Shown piece after piece: positions 1 to 10,321 of a stretch of DNA of 64,000 nt. The position numbers and the translations under genes were made by a program. The notes below the pieces were generated by a model. That model saw nothing but the letters and a program-made list of their open reading frames with translations. It ran no database searches and had not been told where the DNA came from. Positions within the stretch are counted from its first letter, which is position 1; each line of letters opens with the position of its first letter. Source of the stretch: Squalus acanthias (taxonomy: Eukaryota); the NCBI GenBank assembly GCA_030390025.1, contig CM059432.1, positions 123,134,001-123,198,000 of the forward strand, given 5' to 3'.

Positions 1-545
1 AAAAATTTGACACCGAGCCACATAAGGAGAAATTAGGGCAGGTGACTAAAAGCTTGGTCAAAGAGGTAGGTTTTAAGGAGCGTCTTAAAGGAGGACAAAA
101 ATGAGAAGTCGCACAACACCAGGTTATAGTCCAACAGATTTATTTAATTTTACAAGCTTTCGGAGCAGTTCGCTCCTTCGTCAGGTGAAAGAGAGGTAGA
201 GAGGCGGAGAGGTTTAGGCAGGGAATTCCAGAGCTTAGGGCCTAGGCAACAAAAGGCACGGCACGGCCACCAATGGTTGAGCAATTAAACTCAGGGATGC
301 TCAAGAGGCCAGAATTCGATGAGCGCAGATATCTTGGGGGGTTGTAAGGCTGGAGGAAATTACAGAAATAGGGAAGGGCGAGGCCATGGAAGGATTTGAA
401 AACAAGGATGAGAATTTTGAAATCGAGGCATTGCTTAACCGGGACCCAATGTAGGTCAGCGAGCACAGGGGTGATGGGTGAACAGGACTTGGTGCGAGTT
501 AGGACATGGGCAGACAGCTTTTGGATGACCTCTAGTTTATGTAGT
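1..545 (-). mobile_element. L2-clade LINE 3' fragment, interrupted at about 96-188
   Basis: Minus ORF LADLHWVPVKQCLDFKILILVFKSFHGLALPY is a typical L2 ORF2 C-terminus. Homologous to 25480-25880 and 55455-55667. Confidence 0.8.
96..190 (-). mobile_element. Penelope-like family A terminal fragment with hammerhead motif, inserted in L2
   Basis: Near-identical to 15679-15771. The uninterrupted L2 copy at 55611-55650 reads ..ttaaaggaggaaagagaggtag.., which defines the insertion point. Confidence 0.75.
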
Positions 546-1404
546 TTACTCCTATTACCACAGATTTAAAACATACCAGAAAGCTTTGAATGAGGAAAGA
601 TCATTCGAACCATCAAGCCAGATCCTTTCATAGACTATAGATGCTACAGTGTTGCATAAATTATCTTAGATCCCAAAAGGCAATCAAGCAAAACTCCACA
701 ATGTCTATCTAACCCCATTATCTTCATTTTTGCACTTCTGGTGGCTGCCCTCCCTGCTTCTTGCTTTATCAATTTTAATAAATTATTTGCAACCTCGAAA
801 GCGGCCAACCACAGCTCAAACGTAAGGAATGTTCTATTCTTGACCATTCTATTCAAAGGGGCACCATTTTCATTAATCTTTGCCAACCTCCCTTTTTATT
901 TCACTTGGGGAGGAAGAAGAGCGAGAAAGAACTTCTATCATTCTGTCTTGATGGCGCCAAGTACAAGTGAAGCGATGAGCTTCAATGCAATTTGTATCAT
1001 GTTCAGGAGCAAACTATGTTTGCCAAACACTTTTACATCAATGTGCCCCTTTAAAGTGAGACAGATTTGCTAACTAAGGCTGTGGTGGAGGTAGCTGGTC
1101 ATTTAACGATAATAGTGCAAACAACATTTAGGAATCTAGACATTACTAATTCACTAATTTAATAAATTTCAATATGAATGCCAGATTAACCTGAACATCA
1201 AAAGGGATATATAACCGTTACTATTGTTCTTAGAAATCACAGGCAAAAGATTATCCTCTTGTTTTCCACTGACGCAGACTGCCTTTATCTCCCTGTATTG
1301 CGACTATGTTTTTTTTAAGTAAAGCTTTAGTTTTGTTACATGATCGTGACGCTCTGGGCTGGGATTCAGGCAGTGTAAATTACTGTAGTTCTCCAGATTT
1401 CTCG

Positions 1405-1497
1405 ACATTACAGCAGTGACTGCACTTCAAAAAAGTACTTAACTGGCTGTAAAGCGCTTTGTGATGTCCTCAGGTTTTATAAATGTACATTCTTCCT
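1405..1497 (+). mobile_element. SINE 3' fragment (SacSINE1/DeuSINE-like, L2-type tail)
   Basis: acattacagcagtgactgcacttcaaaaaagtactt..ggctgtaaagcgctttg; reverse complement of part of 9842-10321. Confidence 0.65.
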
Positions 1498-1909
1498 TCT
1501 ATATAGCTGCAGACGTTAAAACTGTGACTCTTGGGCTTATCCAGTGGACTAAGTGCAAAAACACTGATTTTTTTTCTCCCCTTCTCCTTCACTGCGCTGT
1601 GTTCACTTTTGATGATACATTTTGTCAACATCACATACAATAGCCTCATTTCCATTTCTGGGACCCTATTTGACTCTGGATGACCATTTCTTTGTCAAAT
1701 GAACACGCACAAAGGGTGTGCTACCAAAAAAAAAATTCATTTTAAATATGTTCATATTTAAAAAAATAAACAATTAACAGGATCCAAACTTTACAAAGAC
1801 ATCAGTGATGTTTTGGAGATAGAAAGAGCCCAGATAACCTCATTTTCTTTTGCGCTTCTGATTCACATTCAGCAATCCAAAATGGAAATGATGCAAGTTA
1901 TCAATTCAG

Positions 1910-3830
1910 GTTAGAAATTGAGGGCGAGAGTTTCCGCTCGGTTGCGCTGGTTTTTCGGCGCAATTTGCCCGGAATTGGACAAACCAGCGGACAAAAGATC
2001 GCGGAATTTCAAATGCAGGTTACGTCCAGCGCAAATCGAGTTTCTGTGATCTTTTGCGCTGGTTTAAAAAACATGGCGCTGGAAGCCGGCCCCACCCACA
2101 AAACTGGCCACGCCCCCGGATCGAATTAATCACCATGGCGAGTTTCCGCTACTTGCTTCCGTTTGCGGGCCTTTGAGGAGGCTCTTAAAACTAAGCTGTT
2201 CCTTTTTTTAGGTGCAAGGACACTAATACACATATTAACACGCACTAGTAAATGGTTCAGTATAGCTTTTTTTTTTAAGTCATTTTCAGTTATTTAAATC
2301 GGGTTACTCACAGGTGGTGGACCAGACACTGATTAAAATTGTAAGGGGTTATGGTTCAGGGTGCTTGTGCGAGGTTAGGCCTTCGTTGCCTAATACTATT
2401 GCTTGCTCTGGTCTCCGGCCAGCCTTGTTGCAATAAGCACCTGTGAGTGGTTCGACCCACTCGCCCTTACGGTTCTAACACTGGACTTAGGTGCGAGAGC
2501 AGTAATGCAGAGAAAACTCAAATAGACCCGGTTGAATAGTACGAAATGGAAATCTTTATTGCATAACGTCCAAAATCATGAAGTACATGTCGTAGGCACA
2601 AATTAATGACAGTACAAGTATACATACATTCATAAAACTTGGTCTAGGGTAATGAGGGTCGCACGGCACATTGTAAAAAGGGGAACACATTATATTTATC
2701 CTTAATAAAACCACCCTCCCCTATTAATACCTACACTAATCTAGATTTGTAGGATCGAGGAAACATGCTCACCACTCGTGATACTTCGGAGAATTTTAAA
2801 ACGGTGCTCTCGGCTTGTTTCGCTGCGACACCTGACTGTCACGTGTTTGGAGGGGTCTCTGTACCCCACTTGTTTATCTTCGCTGCTCCGGCAAGCAGGC
2901 TGGGCTCCCCGTTGTCATGAAGAACTCGACAGTGCTCGAACACGGTTGTAGAAGTCCAGAGAGACAATCCAAAGCTCACCAGTCAAGCGAGTCCATGAAG
3001 CGGCAAGTGAATAAGAGTTCAGCAGTCATCAGCCAGATAAGAGAATAATAAGCAAGAGTTCAGCCCGAGTCAAGAGTCGAATCAAGAGAATAAGCCCTTG
3101 ATGGACATTTGTTCACTATAGTTATAGTGCTGTGTTCCCTTATCTCCCGCTCAAATCTTGATGTTTGTCCTTTGTGTAATACTGGTGCACAAAACTCCCA
3201 GCATGGGGCGATTCTTTCCTTTAATGGGTTTCGGTAGCACCTTAAACTGGCCAACTATCCGTTAATGTTTTCCCCATTGTCGAGCCGGCTAGGAGTCTCC
3301 CTGACTGGGTTTGGGGCCTTCTCGAATACTGATATGTGTATTGCTGTGTCTGGATGGGCCTTCGATTGCCCATTACAATGGTCCTTACTTGTGCATGGAA
3401 AATGATTCCAGCACTTATATCTTTGCTATTGTGTCGAATGCAGACAGGTTGCATCCTGTCTTTATCAGTGTTTGCTGCGTATTAACCAATCTTCTACTGA
3501 AATGTTTATTCGAACGCCATCTTGTCTGCCCACTGTATTCTGGAAGCTTCTGCCACGATGCTCAGCGGCCATTTTACAGGCTTCTGTGTCCTTTATATCA
3601 TGACAGCATTTCGTTTAAATAAACTGATCAAACGAATCTGCTTCTATCTTGTTATTTCGAATCGCGATAATTGCGAAACTTTACAAAATGCTTATTTTTA
3701 ACGATAAACCCATTTTCAGCTGTATTAATAAAACTGCAACAGGTTACCACTCTTAACTGTATCAAGAATATTTTTGAATGCAAAATTAAAAAATAATTAC
3801 ATTCTAAAACGCTATGTTTGAGTCTAAACT
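1910..3830. repeat. CpG-rich unclassified interspersed repeat hosting the solo LTR
   Basis: CpG-rich segment at 1910-2339 lies directly left of the LTR and presumably resumes after 3686. Family and right boundary not determined. Confidence 0.35.
2340..3685 (-). mobile_element. Solo LTR (1346 bp) of an LTR retrotransposon or ERV
   Basis: Termini TGTAA...TTACA, 4-bp TSD AAAT (2336-2339 / 3686-3689), minus-strand AATAAA near 2555-2560, no internal gag/pol coding seen. Confidence 0.7.
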
Positions 3831-3974
3831 TGAGCAAAAAATTCATATGTTGGATGCATCTTTGACAGAGCCCGTTTAGGACCCAGCTGTGTGCATACAG
3901 GTGTTGCATGCTGGAGAGACAGCAACAGAATGCAGTAGGGAGAAAATATGAAGATATAATAAATGCACACCACC

Positions 3975-4090
3975 TTCCTACATTACAACAATGACTCCAC
4001 TTCAAAAACAAGTACTTCATTGGCTGTAAACGCTTTGGGACGTCCAGTGGTCGTGAAAGGCGCTATATAAATGCATGTCTTCTTTTTCTT
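3975..4090 (+). mobile_element. SINE 3' fragment (SacSINE1/DeuSINE-like)
   Basis: ttcctacattacaacaatgac..cattggctgtaaacgctttgggacgtcc..gaaaggcgctatataaatgca, then a (tctt)n-like tail. Confidence 0.7.
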
Positions 4091-4448
4091 TTTTTCTTCA
4101 TGAAAAAGTGTGGCAAATAATTTTACATTTGTTTGTATGGCAAGATATGTGTAACGCACAGAAATGCATCACCACATCATTTGCATGTGGCATCATGATG
4201 ATGCAAAGATATACAATCCTTCCTCTTCTCGCCAATTAAAACAGTTTTGCATTTTGGTGAAGACGCTTTAAGGAGTGAGCCTAAACCTCAAAATATAGAC
4301 AAATAAATAAAAAGTGGGGCATAGAACAGGCAGCTGTGCTCAATAGTTTTAAGAGTCAACAGGTCAATCTGAAGGTTGTGACATGATTTTGTTCTACTTG
4401 ACGTGATTACTGAACTAAGGAAGTATTTAATTCCTGTTTCGTACATCA

Positions 4449-4488
4449 ATGTTATGCGTTGTTGGAGTGCTTATAAGTTTTTTGGTGG
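4449..4488 (+). CDS. Tentative signal-peptide (first coding) exon of the CD226-like gene
   Basis: ATG followed by hydrophobic MLCVVGVLISFLV, with an ETS-like GGAAGT just upstream. The required phase-1 donor (GTGG|gtttta) is weak. The stronger TTG|gtgggt donor is phase 0 and incompatible with the IgV1 exon. Confidence 0.25.
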
Positions 4489-4804
4489 GTTTTACTACCC
4501 CTTGCAGAGTTGATGTATTTTCTTGTCAGAAACTATTTTAATGTTTAAATATCCCTACTGCTGGCTCTTAAGTATCAAGATAACTAACCTTAAAATACAG
4601 TGTGCAAATACTTTGGTCTTGATGTATGAATATTGGTGTACGAACATTCAACACATTCATAGGGAATTTTTTTGTACATAATTCATGTCTTTCTATGTAA
4701 ATGCTACTTTCTATTTTAATTGGGGCATTAAAATAAATGGGTTAAGGAATTTCACCTGTGTTAAATATATCTACCTTAATATTCTCACAGCATAATTTCA
4801 AGGC

Positions 4805-4965
4805 TTTCATAGAATTACATAGTATTTACAGCACAGAACAGGCCATTTGGCCCAACTGATCTATGCTCTACACGAGCCTCCTCCCACCCCTCTTCATCTA
4901 ACCCTATCAACATATCCTCCAAACCTTTCACCCTCATTTATTTATATAGCTTCCCCTTCAATGCA
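4805..4965 (-). mobile_element. CR1 LINE 3' end fragment
   Basis: catagaattacatag..tacagcacagaacaggccatt; reverse complement of the 6530-6685 tail. Confidence 0.65.
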
Positions 4966-5819
4966 TCGTCTATAGTTATAGAAGCTTGTATGACATGCAA
5001 AAAGAACAATTGTGCAAACTGCTTTCAGATGTTTTGATGCGAAAGGTATTATTTCCCCGTGAATAGTAATTATCCATCATGTTACATATGCATTTTATGA
5101 TATGGGATCAATTAATTATCAAATTCATTATACCTGTCAGTTTCTTACAAAGTCACTGTCAATCCTTCAGAGTCCTTGCAGCTTGACCCTACTTTGACTA
5201 ATCAAGACCAAAAAGGCTTTACACCATTGAAGTCTTTTATTTCTTTCAAAATTCTGACAATAGCAGATAAAGAAGTGGCAGAATTTCAAGAACATATAAG
5301 GAAATGTGGCAAAAACACGAATATATTTTATTTGTCACCAGCCTGGGAAATGCTTGTGGATTTTGTGCTGACCCACAGGTCAATCACAAATAACATTTCC
5401 AACAAAGACAGTTGTGGGAATAAAAATCTGTCGAAACCCACCCGTCTCCACTTAGGAAAGGAAAGCGTACGTCCCATCCCAGAGCTAGCAGCAAAGACAA
5501 AGCCGAGAAAAGGCTGAATGTCCACTGCGTAGCGATTATCGATTTAAGGCCAGTTTGTGGGGAGCTTCACCTGGAACAGCAATCAGGAAAAAAAAAAGAA
5601 AGGAATGTCAGTTGAAATAACATTAAATACAGTGGAAGGTAAAATGAGGAAACAGAATTGTATAGGATGTATTGCTTTATTCAGGTGCTATTCAAATGTA
5701 ATTGCCCCTATTGTGAATACATTTATTGTACGTAACAATGCGATGCGAACTGTTGAAGTGCATATCATTTTTTAGTGGGGCATTAGCCAGGGAACTCTTG
5801 CTAGAAAACTAGAAATACC

Positions 5820-5952
5820 TTGCGTAAATTGGCTGCCGCGTTTCCTATATTACAACAGTGACTACACTTCAAAAGTACTTTATTGGCTGTAAAATGATTT
5901 GGGATGTCCTGAGATCTTGAAAGGTGCTATAGAACTGTAAGTTCTTTCTTCT
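5820..5952 (+). mobile_element. SINE 3' fragment (SacSINE1/DeuSINE-like)
   Basis: aaattggctgccgcgtttcctatattacaacagtgactacacttcaaaagtact, same family as 9842-10321. Confidence 0.7.
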
Positions 5953-6374
5953 TACTCGCACTCGCAGTTCATTGCACCCTTTCAATATTTTTGAAGAGCG
6001 GCGCCGTGTCAAGACACACTGGGGCCATTCCCATAGTTCCACATCTACACAGCAAGTTTCTAATCTCGGCTCACCAACAGAAGCTACCAATCGAATGCCC
6101 AGGTACTATCCCAACGGGGAAGAAAGGAAATCAAAGGATGAGTCACCCCGGCTATCTGCAAGCACGGTCTACTGGGCAGATGAAGGCCTACATTGGCAAA
6201 GTCTAGAAGCTGGCAGGCTGCTAGCCTTGTGCCCTTGACGCTGAAGGAAATAGCAAAAATAAAATGAATTATAAACATGTACAGAGGGAAGTAGATACTT
6301 TTCAACAACAAGTTTCTATGTGAAGAGTGCACTGTGTAAACTATTCAGAAGTAGCTTTATTGAACTCATAACTT

Positions 6375-6685
6375 ATGGGGCAGTCCAAAACTCAGGGTCA
6401 TAAATATAAGAGAGTCACTAATAAATCCAATAGGGAATTCAGGAGAAACCTCTTTACCCAGAGAGTGGTTAGAATGTGGAACTCGCTCCCACAAGGAATA
6501 GTTGAGGTGAATAGTATAGATTTATTTAAGGGGAAGCTAAATAAGTACATGAGGCAGAAAGGAACAGAAGAATATGCTGATAGGGTGAGGTGAAATAGAG
6601 TGGGAGGAGGCTTATGTGGAGCATAAACGTCGGCATAGACCAGTTGGGCCAAATGGCCTGTTTCTGTGCTGTAAATTCTATGTAA
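6375..6685 (+). mobile_element. CR1 LINE 3' fragment
   Basis: ORF ..FRRNLFTQRVVRMWNSLP..FKGKLNKYM (CR1 ORF2 C-terminus) plus 3'UTR and tail. Confidence 0.8.
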
Positions 6686-7139
6686 CCCGCTGTCTCCACC
6701 AATCATGGATAACTCCATTGCAATTGGTATCCAGTTACAATGTTTTAAACTGTTACCATCCTTCCCCTCCACTGGTATGAGAGTTTAAATGGTGAAATTT
6801 GCCCCTGTTTATAGCCTTGATTCAATGACAGCTGGAGCAGTATTCTGAAGAATTCACTGATGAGCGATTGACTTCTGAGAGCTCGCTAACTCTGCTATCA
6901 CATTCACATTACTAACATCCGGCTGTAAATGGATCAGCTTCCTACAGGGCAACAGTAAGGCAAGAAAAGTGTGGTAGTTCTCTCTGAAAATCAGGATTTC
7001 TTTTACCAATGAGATTATTTCAAACATTTATTAGGAATATGAATAGATAAATATAACAATATGGCCAAATATTCATTGAAGTAAATAGAAAGAGAAATAG
7101 GTGCTCTGTGGTAAGTCTGTACATTGTATGACCAAAGTA

Positions 7140-7555
7140 CCTTGAGTAGACTAGGCCTGTATTTTCTGGAGTTTAGAAGAATGAGAGGTGATCTCATTGA
7201 AACATACAAAATTCTTACAGGATTTGACAGGGTAGCTGGGGAGTCTAGAACCAGGGGTCACAGTCTCAGAATAAGGGGTCGGCCATTTAGGACTGAGATG
7301 AGGAGAAATTTCTTCACTCAAAGTGTGGTGAATCTTTGGAATTTTCTACCCCGGAGGGCTGTGGAGGCTCAGTTGTTGAGTATATTCAAGACAGAGATCG
7401 ATAGTTTTTGAATATTAAGGGAATCAAGGGATATGGGGATAGTGCAGGCAAGGGGAGATGAGGTAGAAGATCAGCCATGATCTTATTGAATGGCAGAGCA
7501 GGCTCGAGGGGCCGAATGGCCTACACCTACTCCTATTTCTTATGTTCTTATGTTC
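7140..7555 (+). mobile_element. CR1 LINE 3' fragment
   Basis: LGLYFLEFRRMRGDLIETYKIL..RRNFFTQSVVNLWN with a (ttcttatg)n tail. Confidence 0.85.
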
Positions 7556-7892
7556 TTTCCTTATTTTACACTTCTTTCAATTTCTGTAAAATGATATGTC
7601 ACTGAAACCAGATTGCAGAAATCCATAAACCACGACATCAGCAGGAGTGAAATTTGCCACTAGTAGTACTTTCTTTTAAATTGATTATTAAAAATTATTT
7701 GACCTTCACAACAAGCAACATTATAAAGGAGGTTGGGTTGTGAGTAATGCGGCTGAGATTGGCACTGCTAGCACTATTATATCTTTATTAGCATACAGTC
7801 CACCTACCAAAGCCTTGATCCCCATCACAGATTACGTCGCAGGTTCATAGCAGCAACAAGGTAAACTTCCATGAACATTGAATGGAGACTCC

Positions 7893-7981
7893 TGGTCCCG
7901 AAATTCCTTGGAGTTTCCACCCATCTCTCACCGTAAATCCAGCGGCAGATCGGTGGAACCCCTACGGAATTTCAGGGCCAG
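7893..7981. repeat. Short palindromic MITE-like hairpin
   Basis: Arms ctggtcccgaaattcc and ggaatttcagggccag are imperfect inverted repeats. Confidence 0.55.
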
Positions 7982-9841
7982 GGACTTTTGATTAACTTGG
8001 CCGTTTCAGAATACTTTACTTGCTGGTGCAGTTGTTGTATATATTACTCGCACAGTATTTGCAGCAACATACATTGAAATGAGTCTGTCAGAATAATGTA
8101 ATATACCACTGAAGTATAATGCATTTGAGGATTGGGGGATGGGGGTGGGGGGGTGGGAGCAGTTGGACAAGCGCAATTAGAGGCGATCCAACCTACCTTT
8201 TGTTCGGGAGGAACTGGATTGGGTCACTGTTGTCAGCCTGCCCACCTTTTACGAACCTCTGCTATGGTGTTTGAGTTGGAGGAGGGAGATATATCGATCT
8301 CCAGAAAAAATATTTCACCTTGCCTGTTGTTGGCGACCATGGGAGCCACTGAAGAATCCTGAGCGGGGCAGACACTCATCACTCATCACTGACTCATTTC
8401 TCAATGGGGTCTTTCAACCAACGTTAGAGCCTTAATTTACATATTTAACGGGCTTAACACCCGGGACACCTTAAAAAAAGGACCACACGAATTTAGCAGT
8501 AGGACCAACGCCTACACGAATGTTCCACTGCTAACTTGCTAAGCCTACCAATTTCTAACCCGGCCCCCATGTTAAAATTCCCCTAGATAATTGTTACTGT
8601 TTACCTGTTATGTTTCCCCTAGCACTCTAATAGAATTTCCAATCAATCTGATCACTGACCTGTAATTCTCCCTGTAACACCAGATACCATTGAAAATGTT
8701 TTGTGTCTTTATCGTGCAATAGTAGGCCTCCCACCGCTGGTGGAAAACTGCTTTATAATATTTCACACTGTCGTTTATTTTTCTATTTTAATAGTTTTGC
8801 TGGCTCCGGTCTCCTTTCTGCCCAATCCTGAGGCCTCCAGGCACCATCTATATCCTAGCCCCTACTGTTGCCGCTGCCCCAGTTCTGCAACTACCTTCCA
8901 GTGTCTGCTCCTGTTCTCTATTACTGCGACTCCTGCTGGCCCACTGGTACTGTAGTCTCTTCTCTGCTCCCACTGGCCTAGGTGTCCTACTGCTGTCATG
9001 GCCTGCTCCCACTCTTGCTAGCTCAACATTCCTCTGGCCCCCTCCTCAATTTTTAGTGCCTGCTGCTTCCACGGACGCAAAAGTGCCCTGGCCTCTTCTC
9101 CGTTCCCACTGGCCCAAGACTCTAACAACCAGGATTTTTTTCCTGCTGCGCTGCTGGCAAGAGTAGAAGAGATGTGAGAATCAGGAATGAGAGCGAGACG
9201 CAAGATATACAGGCAACTTTTACCGTAAATCTCTTTAGTTAATGTGAAGTCTCAGGCTCTCAGTGACACTTCTGCATTAGTCAAGAGGTTTACTGTAATA
9301 GCTGACAGTTCATCTTGCATTTCTCTCATTTCAGATGCTGCTGTCTCTCCCGGCGATGATCCCCATTGCTGCTGCTCCCATAATCTGGGGAACTTGATTA
9401 CATCTCCCCTTCTGCTCGTGATGCTGACTGATGGCTGGCATTGTGGTTGTGGCTGATTGGCTGCCGGCGTGGCTGGTGGGCAGCTCTGGTGCGCTGGGTG
9501 TTGGGTGGGCTGTAGCAGGGGGTGGGGGCTGTGTGGCTGTTTGTTTCCTGCTCTGCTGCTTGCTGGCAGCTGTAGTCCCTGCTTCAGCTTCTGCTCTGTT
9601 GTTGTGCTCGCTCTCCTCATCAGGGACTAGAAGTTTATATTTCAGGTGCTGTTCCCTAAACTAATGAGTTTTTGTAAAATTGAAAAATGGCCAGCACAAC
9701 ACATTTCTTAAGATATAAATAAAGCGTAGATAGCTTGGTAGTGTGTCACAGAAACGATATTCTCTTGCCACAGAATTTGCTTTGTGCTTGCGACAGAAAT
9801 TGGCTTTGACGTGCCACAGAATTCCAGACACCATGTAATTT

Positions 9842-10321
9842 AAGAAAGAAAGACTTGCATTTATATAGCGCCTTTCACGACCACCGGACATCCCAAAGCG
9901 CTTTACAGCCAATGAAGTACTTTTTGACGTGTAGTCACTGTTGTAATGTAGGAAATGCGGCAGCCAATTTGCACTCAGCAAGCTCCCACAAACGGCAATG
10001 TGATAATGACCAGATAATCTGTTTTGGTGTTGTTGATTAAGGAATTAATATTGGCCAGGACACCGGGGATAGCTCTCCTGCTCTTCAAAATAGTGAGAGG
10101 TCGCACAACACCAGGTTATAGTCCAACAGTTTTATTTGAAATCACAAGCTTTCGGAGCTATCGATCGCCATAGGATCTTTCACATCCACCTGAGAGAGCA
10201 GCCGGGGCCTCGGTTTAATATCTCAGTTGAAAGACAGCACCTCTGGCAGTGCAGCACTCCCTCAGTACTGCACTGGAGTGACAGCCTGGAAATTTTGAGC
10301 TCAAGTCTCTGGAGTGGGACT
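9842..10321 (-). mobile_element. tRNA-derived SINE (SacSINE1/DeuSINE-like), split by CR1; head continues at 13536-13590
   Basis: L2-type tail aagaaagaaagacttgcatttatatagcgcc. The body ends ..ctggagtgggact and resumes after the CR1 as gaacccacaaccttctgacttagaggcgag (tRNA B-box-like, minus strand). Confidence 0.75.
10094..10167 (-). mobile_element. Penelope-like family A terminal fragment inserted into the SINE
   Basis: gagaggtcgcacaacaccaggttatagtccaacagttttatttgaaatcacaagctttcggagc matches 15686-15750. The hammerhead is truncated. Confidence 0.7.

Noticed and set aside
644..1073. Overlapping ORFs that might be an upstream gene exon or a LINE remnant
   Set aside because: No recognisable motif or convincing splice sites.
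7747..7791. Signal-peptide-like MRLRLALLALLYLY as the leader exon
   Set aside because: In-frame TAG follows with no GT donor before it.
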